The notes: generated by a model not told the origin, from the letters alone. A stretch of DNA of 64,000 bases from Candidatus Omnitrophota bacterium (GCA_043821445.1 JBDRCT010000013.1:82149-146148); one strand, 5' to 3'; numbered from the stretch's first letter, positions 10,203-18,236 are shown. A program made the numbers and translations.

Positions 10203-10445
10203 TTACAAAATCGTTCTTAAAAATTTCCTACCAGCCGTACTTTTCAAATAACGCTCACGGATAACGGCCTGCGACCTTGACCCTACGGTTTCATGATACC
10301 CAAGCGCCCAAGGTCTATGGGGTTTTGTTGATCGGCAAAACCCTTGATTATGCACTAAAATCCGCTTCTCTAAGCTGGCTGTCTGCCCAATGTAAATACG
10401 CCCATTTTTTTGGCTAACTAGCACATAAACAAAGTGCTTTTTCAT
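10203..10445 (-). CDS. Stand-alone GIY-YIG nuclease family protein
   Basis: FVYVLVS...IYIGQT..LEKR...HNQG...TK..RPW.L.Y.E......A..RERYLKS..GR. Confidence 0.9.
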   Translation of the reverse strand: MKKHFVYVLVSQKNGRIYIGQTASLEKRILVHNQGFCRSTKPHRPWALGYHETVGSRSQAVIRERYLKSTAGRKFLRTIL

Positions 10446-10453
10446 AATTTCAC

Positions 10454-10514
10454 TCCGCCTGGAAATCTTTGATTTCCAGGACGGATCCGTCCTCAGGCCT
10501 TTGCCTGAGGCGGA
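10454..10514. repeat. Multi-hairpin palindromic element upstream of the GIY-YIG gene
   Basis: Outer TCCGCCT/AGGCGGA; inner CCTGGAAATC-ttt-GATTTCCAGG, AGGACGGATCCGTCCT, CCTCAGGC-cttt-GCCTGAGG. Confidence 0.85.
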
Positions 10515-10530
10515 CACGGGGCAATAACTT
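10515..10530. repeat. 16-bp direct repeat duplicating the tRNA-Gln 5' end and upstream bases (other copy 10188-10203)
   Basis: CACGGGGCAATAACTT occurs exactly at both positions, bracketing the GIY-YIG cassette. Confidence 0.9.
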
Positions 10531-10547
10531 ATTTATTTTAAAAAAAA

Positions 10548-10856
10548 TCAACGCTCGAACGGATCGCCATCGCGGAGTGCTTGCGCCTGGGGCTCATGTT
10601 CGATAAAAAGCTCGTAGGCGTTCAGGACCTCTTTTTGGATATAGTCCTTGAACTCCGCTGTAATAGGATGCGCCACGTCCCGGTAATCGTCGCCTTTGAC
10701 CTTGCGGGAAGGCATCACCACGAAAAGGCCCTTCGATCCCTCGAGCACCTTCAGCCCGCGCACTACGAAACAACCGTCGAAGGTGATATTGGCAAAAGCA
10801 CACAGCTTGTTTTCTTTATTCGCTTGGGGAAAAATGCGAATTTCCGTGATCTTCAC
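10548..10856 (-). CDS. spoVG: SpoVG family nucleic-acid-binding regulator
   Basis: MKITEIRI...AFANITFDGCFVVRGLKVLEG.KGLFVVMPSRK....YRDVAHPI. Confidence 0.95.
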   Translation of the reverse strand: MKITEIRIFPQANKENKLCAFANITFDGCFVVRGLKVLEGSKGLFVVMPSRKVKGDDYRDVAHPITAEFKDYIQKEVLNAYELFIEHEPQAQALRDGDPFER

Positions 10857-10881
10857 TTCCCAACCTCATAATCTTATGTAC

Positions 10882-10967
10882 TATCCTGACTTTTATTTTC
10901 TTCTCATCAACGGCAGTCGGGATTGCCCCAATTTCCGCTTCGCTTCAATTGATAAGTATTGGGACTA
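10882..10967. repeat. Modular hairpin array (unit C + unit A) starting at the ispE TAG stop
   Basis: TA|TCCTGAC..GTCGGGA (10884-10922)|TT|GCCCCAATTTC..GATAAGTATTGGGAC (10925-10965)|TA. Confidence 0.85.
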
Positions 10968-11840
10968 CAATGAGTGACAAATCACCTTGCGAAAAGGAAA
11001 GGGAACTTCTTTCAATCTCTTCGATAGGTCTAAAGCTTCTTTCCGGCTGGAGAACGCTGCGAAGACCGTAGCCCCGCTTCCGCTCATAAGAACGAAGGGA
11101 GCTCCCAGGCCTTTGAGAACCGCCACGGCTTTGGGAATGGACGGCATCAGACGAAATGCCGGGATTTCCAGATCATTCCGCGCAAGCGTCGCCGCTTCCC
11201 AGATCCACTTTTTATTAAGAAAAGAGCGCAGAATTCTAGCAATACGCCTTTCCTTTGTCAAGGAGAGGGGCCGCCCGCCCCAGGAGAGCATTTGGTAGAC
11301 TTTTTTCGTAGGAAGTCCCTGATCCGCCACAAGCAAAAGGAACTCGAGGCGGGTACCCAACGGCGCTTTTTGGAGCCTATCCCCGATGCCCCAAGCCATG
11401 GCTTGCCGCGTGTTCGAAAGAAAGAACGGCACATCCGCACCGAGCTTTTCCCCTATAGAGAAAAGCTCCTTGCGGGAGATCTTGAGCCGGAAAAGTTTTT
11501 TCATGCCTAGTAAGAAGGAAGCCGCGTTGCTAGAGCCACCTCCAAGCCCGGCACCTAGAGGAATACGCTTGGTGAGCCGCACGGAAACTCCTCCCAACCC
11601 TTGGAATTTCCCTTGAAGCGCCCGGTAGGCCTTGGTGATGAGATTGCCTTCCCCGGTTTTGAGAGCGGAAATGTTCGTGGTAAGTTTAAAGCCCCCGGAG
11701 TTTTTTCGAATGACAAGGGTATCTGCAAGCGAGATGCGGTGGAAAAGCGTCAAAAGTTCATGATACCCGTCCGGTCGCTTACCGAGAATACGCAGATGAA
11801 GATTGAGTTTTGCGGGACTTCTAACAGTAAGGTTATTCAT
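10965..11840 (-). CDS. ispE: 4-diphosphocytidyl-2-C-methyl-D-erythritol kinase
   Basis: SPAKLNLHL, KRIPLGAGLGGGSSNAA, GADVPFF, MSGSGATVF. Confidence 0.97.
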   Translation of the reverse strand: MNNLTVRSPAKLNLHLRILGKRPDGYHELLTLFHRISLADTLVIRKNSGGFKLTTNISALKTGEGNLITKAYRALQGKFQGLGGVSVRLTKRIPLGAGLGGGSSNAASFLLGMKKLFRLKISRKELFSIGEKLGADVPFFLSNTRQAMAWGIGDRLQKAPLGTRLEFLLLVADQGLPTKKVYQMLSWGGRPLSLTKERRIARILRSFLNKKWIWEAATLARNDLEIPAFRLMPSIPKAVAVLKGLGAPFVLMSGSGATVFAAFSSRKEALDLSKRLKEVPFPFRKVICHSL

Positions 11841-11843
11841 TTC

Positions 11844-11929
11844 AGGAATACGGATGGAGGATGGCGGATGGCGTCAAACAACATCTTGCCTTGCGTTCTT
11901 CGCCATCCGCTATCCGCTTCCCGTAACGC
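11844..11929. repeat. Inverted heptamer tandem-repeat element
   Basis: (nGGATGG)n arm facing a (CGCCATC/CGCTATC/CGCTTCC) arm. Confidence 0.75.
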
Positions 11930-11946
11930 GGGACTGGTCCCGCGTT

Positions 11947-12045
11947 TTAGGACCAATCTTTTTTCTTGTGGCGGTGCTTGCGCAACTTCTTCTTGCGCTT
12001 ATGCTTGTTCATCTTCTTCTTGCGCTGTTTACGAGCCCAAGGCAT
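11947..12045 (-). CDS. Small basic AURKAIP1/COX24-domain (bS22/mS38-like) protein, 32 aa
   Basis: Below the ORF-track cutoff: MPWARKQRKKKMNKHKRKKKLRKHRHKKKDWS with GGAGG SD at 12051-12055. Confidence 0.85.
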   Translation of the reverse strand: MPWARKQRKKKMNKHKRKKKLRKHRHKKKDWS

Positions 12046-12122
12046 TGTTTCCTCCGGTTGTCAATCATAAGCGGTAAGCGACAAGTTTCTTACAACCTAT
12101 CCCTTATCGCTTTTCGCTGCAT

Positions 12123-12995
12123 TTATGGAATAACTTTATTGAGCGGATATTCGATGATGCCTGAGGCGCCGGCCTTCTTGAGCGCCGGGATCAATTCCCG
12201 GACCACGGACTCGTCAATGATGGTCTCGACGTCGAGCCAATTCTTGTCCGTAAGGTTCGCGATGGTCGGTTTCTTCATGGCCGGAAGGAGGCTCAGGACC
12301 TTTCGCAGGTTCTTCTTCTCGACGTTCATTTTGAGGCCGACTTTCTCCTGGGCGCGCATCGCACCCTCAAGAAGCATAATGAGATTATCCATCTTGTGTT
12401 TCTTCCAGGGATCCTTCGCGCTCTGTTTGTTCGCAATGAACTTCGGGATGGAAACAATCACGGTATCGATGATCTTAAGCCTGTTCGCGCGAAGACTGGA
12501 CCCGGTCTCGGTCGCCTCCACAATGGCGTCCGCAAGGCGCGGCGGTTTGGCTTCCGTGGCACCCCAGGAAAACTCCACTTCCGCGGTCACCTTGTGTTTT
12601 TTAAGATAACGCTTCGTGACGCCCACAAGCTCGGTCACGATCTTCTTCCCGTTCAGGTCTTTGACGCTTTTAAAAGGCGAGGTTTCGTGCACGGCCAGGA
12701 CCCAGCGAACGGGGTTGGAAGTGCGTTTAGAATATTGGAGCTCGCAAAGTTCCACGACCTTGGAATCGTTCTCCACGATCCAGTCATGTCCGGTCAGGCC
12801 GCAGTCCACGATGCCGTCTTCCACATAGCGGGACATTTCCTGAGGGCGGAAAAGCGCCACCTCGATCTCGGGATCATCGATGGAGGGAATGTAGGAGCGG
12901 GGATTGACGCTGATCTTGAAACCGGCCCGCTTGAAGAGATTATAGGTCGCTTCTTCGAGACTGCCTTTGGGTAATGCGATCTTGAGCTTATTCAT
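12123..12995 (-). CDS. hisG: ATP phosphoribosyltransferase, long form
   Basis: [37 protein letters not shown]-terminal regulatory domain. Confidence 0.97.
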   Translation of the reverse strand: MNKLKIALPKGSLEEATYNLFKRAGFKISVNPRSYIPSIDDPEIEVALFRPQEMSRYVEDGIVDCGLTGHDWIVENDSKVVELCELQYSKRTSNPVRWVLAVHETSPFKSVKDLNGKKIVTELVGVTKRYLKKHKVTAEVEFSWGATEAKPPRLADAIVEATETGSSLRANRLKIIDTVIVSIPKFIANKQSAKDPWKKHKMDNLIMLLEGAMRAQEKVGLKMNVEKKNLRKVLSLLPAMKKPTIANLTDKNWLDVETIIDESVVRELIPALKKAGASGIIEYPLNKVIP

Positions 12996-13004
12996 AGAGG
13001 GCGG

Positions 13005-13033
13005 ATTCTAGCTTTTTGCTCCCGGAGTGTCAA
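13005..13033 (-). promoter_or_regulatory. Sigma70 promoter for hisG
   Basis: TTGACA-N17-TAGAAT, with the -10 only 9 nt from the ATG. Confidence 0.7.
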
Positions 13034-13050
13034 TCCAGGAAAATAAACTT

Positions 13051-13521
13051 TTATCCGCCTTGCTGCTTTTTGGGAAGCATATTACGTTGGACCTTGGAGA
13101 ACAGCACCAGGATTATCAGCACAAGGATCGTGGTCATCACGGCTTGTTTGTAAAGTCCCAGTCCGCAAGACAAACCGATCGCACAAGCAGCCCATATCCC
13201 CGCGGCAGTGGTCAGCCCCTTGACGCTCCCCGCCTGCGAGCGGATGATCGCTCCGGCGCCCAGAAATCCGATCCCGGTCACGGCCTGCGCTGCGATACGT
13301 CCCGGATCCACGGTAGCGACTCCTTTGAAGATCTCAAAAACGCCAATGGATACGATCATCATGAGCGCCGAACCCAGGCACACGAGCGAATAGGTCTTGA
13401 AACCGGCTTCTTTCCCGTGGACCTCCCGTTCAAGGCCGATCAGAGCCCCTAGCAATGTCGCAACGCTCAATTTGATCGCAAAATCAATGTCCTGCGGCGT
13501 CAAACCCATAAAGGAACACAT
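13051..13521 (-). CDS. MgtC/SapB family membrane protein
   Basis: LIGLERE..GKEAGFKT, DPGRIAAQAVTGIGFLGAG, GLTTAAGIW. Confidence 0.93.
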   Translation of the reverse strand: MCSFMGLTPQDIDFAIKLSVATLLGALIGLEREVHGKEAGFKTYSLVCLGSALMMIVSIGVFEIFKGVATVDPGRIAAQAVTGIGFLGAGAIIRSQAGSVKGLTTAAGIWAACAIGLSCGLGLYKQAVMTTILVLIILVLFSKVQRNMLPKKQQGG

Positions 13522-13545
13522 GAAAACCCTCCCTCATTCAAATGC

Positions 13546-13607
13546 GTGTCAAAGTGTCAATGTATCAAAGTATCATGAAACTCTGACACTTTGATACCCT
13601 GATACTT
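13546..13607. repeat. Inverted octamer tandem-repeat element at the tsaD stop
   Basis: GTGTCAAA GTGTCAAT GTATCAAA GTATCA ... TGACACTT TGATACCC TGATACTT. Confidence 0.8.
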
Positions 13608-14604
13608 ATTTTATTTGAAGTGCCGGATCGCCGGTCATATTAAGTTTCGACCGTTTCCCGTTTTGATAAAGTTCAAAACCCCGGCGTGCGATCATGGCCG
13701 CATTGTCCGTGCTGAGCACAAACGGCGGGAACCAGACCTTGATCCCTAACTTACCGGCGTCCTGCGTGAGTTTTTCGCGCAGATAGGAATTCGCGCTTAC
13801 GCCTCCGCCGACTACGATATCGGACACGCCTTTGAATTGGGCGGCGTCGAGCGCCTTCTCGACGAGCCAGCCGATCACGGCATGCTGAAAACTCGCAGCC
13901 ATATCTTTCTGCGAAGGTGCCAAGGGGTTCGGCTTCCCGGTCTTGGGGTCCCGGAACTGATAGAGCACGGCCGTTTTCACGCCGCTGAAACTGAAGTTGA
14001 ATCGCTTGTCCTGTTTGGGTCTTGTAAAATGAAAAGCCCGCGGGTTCCCTTCTTTCGCGAGTTTATCCAGAATGGGCCCGCCGGGGTAACTGAGCCCCAT
14101 GATCTTCGCGACCTTGTCGTACGCCTCGCCCACTGCGTCATCGACGGTCTCGCCCAGGATATGGACCTTCTCTTTTTCGCAGAATGTGAGCATCGTATGC
14201 CCGCCCGAGACCAGAAGTCCGATAAAACGCTTGGGTTCCCGGGCTCCGAAGAAATTGGCGACCAGATGTGCTTCCATGTGATGGACCCCCACCACCGGGA
14301 TCTCTAGTTGATACGCGAGTGCTTTGGCGAATGCGACGCCGACCAAAAGAGAACCGATGAGCCCCGGGCCTTGGGTTACGGCGATGAGATCGAGATCCCG
14401 GGGTTTGATCCTGGCTTCACGAAGCGCCTCCTCGAACACGCATTGGATCTGTTCCATGCAGTGCCGGGACGCGATCTCGGGCACCACACCGCCGAATTTC
14501 TTGTGCCGGAAAAGACTGGAGGAAACAACATTGGAAAGGATCGTATCTTTGCCGCGCAGGACCGAGCACGACGTTTCGTCGCAGGAGGTTTCGATGCCGA
14601 GCAT
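13606..14604 (-). CDS. tsaD: tRNA N6-adenosine threonylcarbamoyltransferase
   Basis: LGIETSCDET, GGVVPEIASR.H, GPGL.GSL.VG, LLVSGGHT, DDAVGEAYDK, TDNAAMIA; start may instead be 14706 if the repeat-derived extension is translated. Confidence 0.97.
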   Translation of the reverse strand: MLGIETSCDETSCSVLRGKDTILSNVVSSSLFRHKKFGGVVPEIASRHCMEQIQCVFEEALREARIKPRDLDLIAVTQGPGLIGSLLVGVAFAKALAYQLEIPVVGVHHMEAHLVANFFGAREPKRFIGLLVSGGHTMLTFCEKEKVHILGETVDDAVGEAYDKVAKIMGLSYPGGPILDKLAKEGNPRAFHFTRPKQDKRFNFSFSGVKTAVLYQFRDPKTGKPNPLAPSQKDMAASFQHAVIGWLVEKALDAAQFKGVSDIVVGGGVSANSYLREKLTQDAGKLGIKVWFPPFVLSTDNAAMIARRGFELYQNGKRSKLNMTGDPALQIK

Positions 14605-14609
14605 GTAAT

Positions 14610-14676
14610 GCGCACAACGTGCAGGGCGCAACGCTCCCTTTTGTTTTGTTGTGCGTTGAGCGTTGCGCGTTGCGCT
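14610..14676. repeat. Inverted heptamer element between the gatB stop and the tsaD core, in frame with tsaD
   Basis: GCACAAC GTGCAGG GCGCAAC ... GTGCGTT GAGCGTT GCGCGTT. Confidence 0.75.
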
Positions 14677-16177
14677 AACTCGCGAGTTTTTTCTGGAGGA
14701 TTTCATTGACGATCTTCGGATTCGCTTTCCCCTGCGTCTCTTTCATCACCGCGCCGACAAGAGCGCCGAGGGCCTTTTGTTTCCCGGTCTTGAACTCCGC
14801 GACCGCGGCGGGGTTCGCGGCGATGGCCTTCTCGACCGCCTTCTCGATCAACCCCGTGTCCGAGACTTGCGTAAGGCCTTTTTCTTTGACGATCGCTTCC
14901 GCGGCCTTGCCGGTCGCCGCCATCTCCTGAAGTACGTCCTTGGCAGTCTTTCCGCTCAAGGTCCCCTGTTCGACAAGACGGATCAGCCCTGCAAGCGCGT
15001 GCGGTGAGACGGAGCAATCCTCGATCGCAATATTTTTCGCGTTCAAGAGGGCGAGAAGCTCGTTCTGAACCCAGTTGCTCGCGAGTTTAGCGGGGGCCCC
15101 TTCGCGAACACAGGACTCAAAATATCCCGCGAGTTTCTTCTCCTGCACCAGCACATAGGCGTCATATTCCGGAATGCCGAATTCCCTGATGAACCGCTTC
15201 GCGCGTTCAAGCGGCAACTCGGGCAAAGTCTTGCGGACCTCTTCGACGGTCTCGCGGGTGAGCGTGAACGGGACAAGATCCGGCTCCGGGAAATAGCGGT
15301 AATCATGGGCTTCTTCTTTGGAGCGCATGGAAAACGTCGTGCCTTTGGCATCATTCCAAAGCCGCGTTTCCTGGACGATCGTTTCCCCGTTCTTGAGCGC
15401 TTCGGTCTGCCGCTCAATTTCATACTGAATGGCTTTTTGCACCATCTTAAAAGAATTCAGGTTCTTGATCTCGACCTTGGTGCCTAATTTTTCCTGGCTC
15501 ACGGGCCGCACCGACACGTTCGCGTCACAGCGAAGGCTCCCCTTTTCCATATCACAGTCGCTCACTTCCAGATATTGAAGAATAGCCTTTAGCGCGGTGA
15601 GGTAATCGTAAGCCTCCTGCGGGCTCCCGAGGTCCGGCTCGGAAACGATCTCAAGAAGCGGAATGCCGCCCCGGTTATAATCCACCAGGCTCCCGTCCGC
15701 AATGCCTTCATGAAGGAGTTTTCCCGCGTCCTCTTCCAGATGCGCGCGTGTGATGCCGATCCGTTTTAAGACCACGGACGACAGACCACAGTCTACAGCC
15801 CCTGCTTTTTCCTTTTTTGCTGCGGTCTTCGGTCTGCAGTCTGCAGTCTGGGTTTCGATATCGACGAAACCTTTACCGTTCACCGGCATGTCAAATTGCG
15901 AGATCTGGTAGGCCTTGGGAAGGTCCGGATAAAAATAATTCTTCCGGTCGAATTTGAGCCGCTCCGCCACCTTGCAATTGAGCGCAAGCCCGACCCGTAT
16001 CGCAAGCTTCAAGGCCGCTTCGTTTAGGACCGGCAACGATCCCGGCCAGCCAAGACACACCGGACACGTATGCTTGTTCCCCTCCGCTCCAAACTCCGTG
16101 GAGCATGAGCAGAAGAGCTTCGACTTCGTTTTCAGTTGTACGTGGACCTCAAGCCCAATGACGGGTTCGTAGTTCAT
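14675..16177 (-). CDS. gatB: Asp/Glu-tRNA amidotransferase subunit B, with a repeat-derived in-frame insert
   Basis: VIGLEVHVQL, FDRKNYFYPDLPKAYQISQ, HLEEDAGK, GSLRCDANVS, DYRYFPEPDL. Confidence 0.98.
   Translation of the reverse strand: MNYEPVIGLEVHVQLKTKSKLFCSCSTEFGAEGNKHTCPVCLGWPGSLPVLNEAALKLAIRVGLALNCKVAERLKFDRKNYFYPDLPKAYQISQFDMPVNGKGFVDIETQTADCRPKTAAKKEKAGAVDCGLSSVVLKRIGITRAHLEEDAGKLLHEGIADGSLVDYNRGGIPLLEIVSEPDLGSPQEAYDYLTALKAILQYLEVSDCDMEKGSLRCDANVSVRPVSQEKLGTKVEIKNLNSFKMVQKAIQYEIERQTEALKNGETIVQETRLWNDAKGTTFSMRSKEEAHDYRYFPEPDLVPFTLTRETVEEVRKTLPELPLERAKRFIREFGIPEYDAYVLVQEKKLAGYFESCVREGAPAKLASNWVQNELLALLNAKNIAIEDCSVSPHALAGLIRLVEQGTLSGKTAKDVLQEMAATGKAAEAIVKEKGLTQVSDTGLIEKAVEKAIAANPAAVAEFKTGKQKALGALVGAVMKETQGKANPKIVNEILQKKLAS
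15772..15850. repeat. Inverted heptamer element inserted in frame in gatB
   Basis: CACGGAC GACAGAC CACAGTC TACAGCC ... CGGTCTT CGGTCTG CAGTCTG CAGTCTG, encoding QTADCRPKTAAKKEKAGAVDCGLSSVV. Confidence 0.85.
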
Positions 16178-16293
16178 AAACTAGTACGGGGTACGGAGTA
16201 CGGCGTCTCGCGTTCTTTTTTCATGTGCGCCGCACACCTTCCGCCTCTCGCAGTTTTCCGGACTTCAAGTCCAATGACCGGTTCGCAATTCAT
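16174..16293 (-). other. 39-aa bridging mini-ORF made of a duplicated gatB 5' end plus a heptamer-repeat tail
   Basis: MNCEPVIGLEV (28/33 nt identical to the gatB start) RKTARGGRCAAHMKKERETPYSVPRTSL; ATGA overlaps at both ends. Confidence 0.7.
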
Positions 16294-17315
16294 ATTTTTT
16301 CACCATCAACCAGCAACTTCTTCTTTGAAGATTTCCCTCTTTTCTTTGACATTTCCAGAAGCCACTGATCAACATACTTGATTAAACTGCAACCAGCCCT
16401 TGCCACCTCGTTAAAATATCGCGTTGTTTGGATATGACTGATAGTTAGTTTTGTTCCCACTTTGAGTCTTGTCTTGTTTTTGTCCTTATATTCAGAGTCG
16501 ATAATACCGCCCCGATGAGCAATTAAATGCCGAATGCTTTCCATTCTTTTTAAAACAGTCCCATCTTGAAATGCTGTATTCAGGAAGTCTTCATCGCTCT
16601 TAGAGCCTATCCTAATAGCCTTGTAAGCTTTTCTCATACCCTTCAAGCTCGTAAAATCAAACTTCTCGGACAGCAATGCTCCCAAGTATTTCTTGATATT
16701 AAAATCATACTTTGATAGAAGCCCAACGCTAAACCCCTTCTTTGTAATCTTGTCTTCATCCTCATCTTTATCTGTTGCGCCCAACACCTTTTCAACCAAC
16801 AGAGTTGGGTTAGCATTAACCATTAAAATCCAGGCGTCTTTCACCAGCGATTCGAACGCTACCCAACTATTCATCACGCCAGATAAATACAGCGCTCGTA
16901 TCGCTGTTTTAAGCTTTTGATCTTTTTTGATTTTTTGATCTAGGCTACGAAAAGCCGCATCGATCACATCTTCCTTTGTAAAACCTTTTTGTTTTTGAAT
17001 TTTTTCGATTTCTTCTTTTAAGAAACTATTATTTTGCTCCTCAGAATCTTTGTTTCTTCTTGGAAAACTGCGTACCTCAGCTAACGTTTGTATTGCGAAA
17101 TGTTGAATTTCATAAGATGCTAGCGTAGAAAAATGCAGGGGCAGCATTTCCAGACTTAAGACATCTTCTAAGTTAACTGAGAAAGCCTTAGCAGCCCCGC
17201 GCAAAGCTTTTGATTGAATGCCGGCAACAACAGCTTCAATTTCATCGCTAACAATTTCTGTTTTCCTTCCTATAGACAAATAATGTCTCCGCACCACGCT
17301 TTGTGCTTTCTCCAT
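16290..17315 (-). CDS. Hypothetical protein with a probable C-terminal HEPN domain
   Basis: AT-rich 341-aa ORF; FESLVKD helix and RHLIAH (Rx4H) followed by RGGIID. Confidence 0.6.
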   Translation of the reverse strand: MEKAQSVVRRHYLSIGRKTEIVSDEIEAVVAGIQSKALRGAAKAFSVNLEDVLSLEMLPLHFSTLASYEIQHFAIQTLAEVRSFPRRNKDSEEQNNSFLKEEIEKIQKQKGFTKEDVIDAAFRSLDQKIKKDQKLKTAIRALYLSGVMNSWVAFESLVKDAWILMVNANPTLLVEKVLGATDKDEDEDKITKKGFSVGLLSKYDFNIKKYLGALLSEKFDFTSLKGMRKAYKAIRIGSKSDEDFLNTAFQDGTVLKRMESIRHLIAHRGGIIDSEYKDKNKTRLKVGTKLTISHIQTTRYFNEVARAGCSLIKYVDQWLLEMSKKRGKSSKKKLLVDGEKI

Positions 17316-17442
17316 ATTTTTTATGCCCCCATAAAAGTATGTATAAAGTAGGTGTCCTCCGCCATAAAACTTTGGCGGACAAGTGCAGCTGGACGCCCTA
17401 TAAAGTAGGCGTCCTACAACTGAACACCCTACGTATTTTCTT

Positions 17443-17629
17443 CCAATATTTCCGTCGACGGAAATATTGGCCGGTCACTTCGATTCATCGGACGTCCGAT
17501 AAATCTACCGAACGCCCAATTCTCAATTTTTCCGCATGCGGAAAAATCTGCCGAGACCCTCAACCCTTCAATTTTCCCGCATGCGGGAAAATCTGCTGCT
17601 TATCCCAATTTCCCCACATGCGGGGAAAT
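17443..17629. repeat. Array of five 22-28 bp palindromes
   Basis: 17443-17470, 17482-17505, 17526-17547, 17571-17592, 17608-17629; centres 37-45 bp apart. Confidence 0.9.
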
Positions 17630-17644
17630 CGTTCTGCACCTCAG

Positions 17645-17887
17645 CTATAAGCTATGGCCTTTGCCGTACTTCGCGTCTTCTTCACGGACAAGGTCGAATG
17701 CCTTGGCCGCGGCGTCAAACCGGTCGGAAAAATCGATCCGCTCCTCCCTCATCTTCGCCATCAGAAGCTCGTGATACTTGGTCCGGAGGGCATGGACCTT
17801 TTCCTTGGCGTGCGGCTCTTCCTCAGATATCTCCCGCTCCGCCTTGACCAAATCTGTATAAATTCTTGCGATCTCAAGAACCGTTAT
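17645..17887 (-). CDS. Small helical hypothetical protein, paralogue of the upstream ORF; ATA start or decayed start
   Basis: Frame is open back to ATA at 17887, which overlaps the upstream TAA: ITVLEIARIYTDLVKAERE...IDFSDRFDAAAKAFDLV. Confidence 0.55.
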   Translation of the reverse strand: MTVLEIARIYTDLVKAEREISEEEPHAKEKVHALRTKYHELLMAKMREERIDFSDRFDAAAKAFDLVREEDAKYGKGHSL

Positions 17888-18099
17888 AGCTCACCATGTG
17901 CGATCCGTATGGCGATCCGGGTCGCATGCTCTCTGTCCTTGTACTTGATCCCCTGTTTCTTGAGCAATTCAATGAATTTCCAGCGCAGGTCGATCTGCTT
18001 CTCCTCGAGAACCTGTAATTCCTCGGGGTTTGTCGTTTTTTCGATCTTTTCGATCACTTCAACATATTTTTTGGCTACGAGATACAGGTTATTCGTCAT
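17884..18099 (-). CDS. Small helical hypothetical protein
   Basis: MTNNLYLVAKKYVEVIEK...GIKYKDREHATRIAIRIA; GGAG upstream. Confidence 0.65.
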   Translation of the reverse strand: MTNNLYLVAKKYVEVIEKIEKTTNPEELQVLEEKQIDLRWKFIELLKKQGIKYKDREHATRIAIRIAHGEL

Positions 18100-18122
18100 T
18101 ACTTCAGTCTCCATGTAAAAAC

Positions 18123-18236
18123 GGACGTCCTGCAACAGAACAATTCATTCCCAATTGTTCGGCATGCCTTCCTAACCCTTCGATTTTGCCGCATGCGGCA
18201 AAATTCATTCCCAATTTCCTGGCCCGCCGGGCAATT
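18123..18236. repeat. Second palindrome array, same family as 17443-17629
   Basis: Perfect ATTTTGCCGCATGCGGCAAAAT at 18183-18204, degenerate 18213-18236, GGCATGCC and GGACGTCC cores, repeated AATTCATTCCCAATT. Confidence 0.8.

Noticed and set aside
10454-10530. Second tRNA or tRNA pseudogene
   Set aside because: Only 9 nt of the tRNA 5' end are duplicated; no T-loop or anticodon arm.
11837-11884. 15-codon ORF through the heptamer element ending in an ATGA overlap with ispE
   Set aside because: It parallels the gatB relay ORF but is short enough to arise by chance, so it is not called as a feature.
17303-17847. Plus-strand ORFs with repeated ACGKIC peptides
   Set aside because: They are translations of the DNA palindrome array, antisense to the operon, with no SD or recognisable domain.
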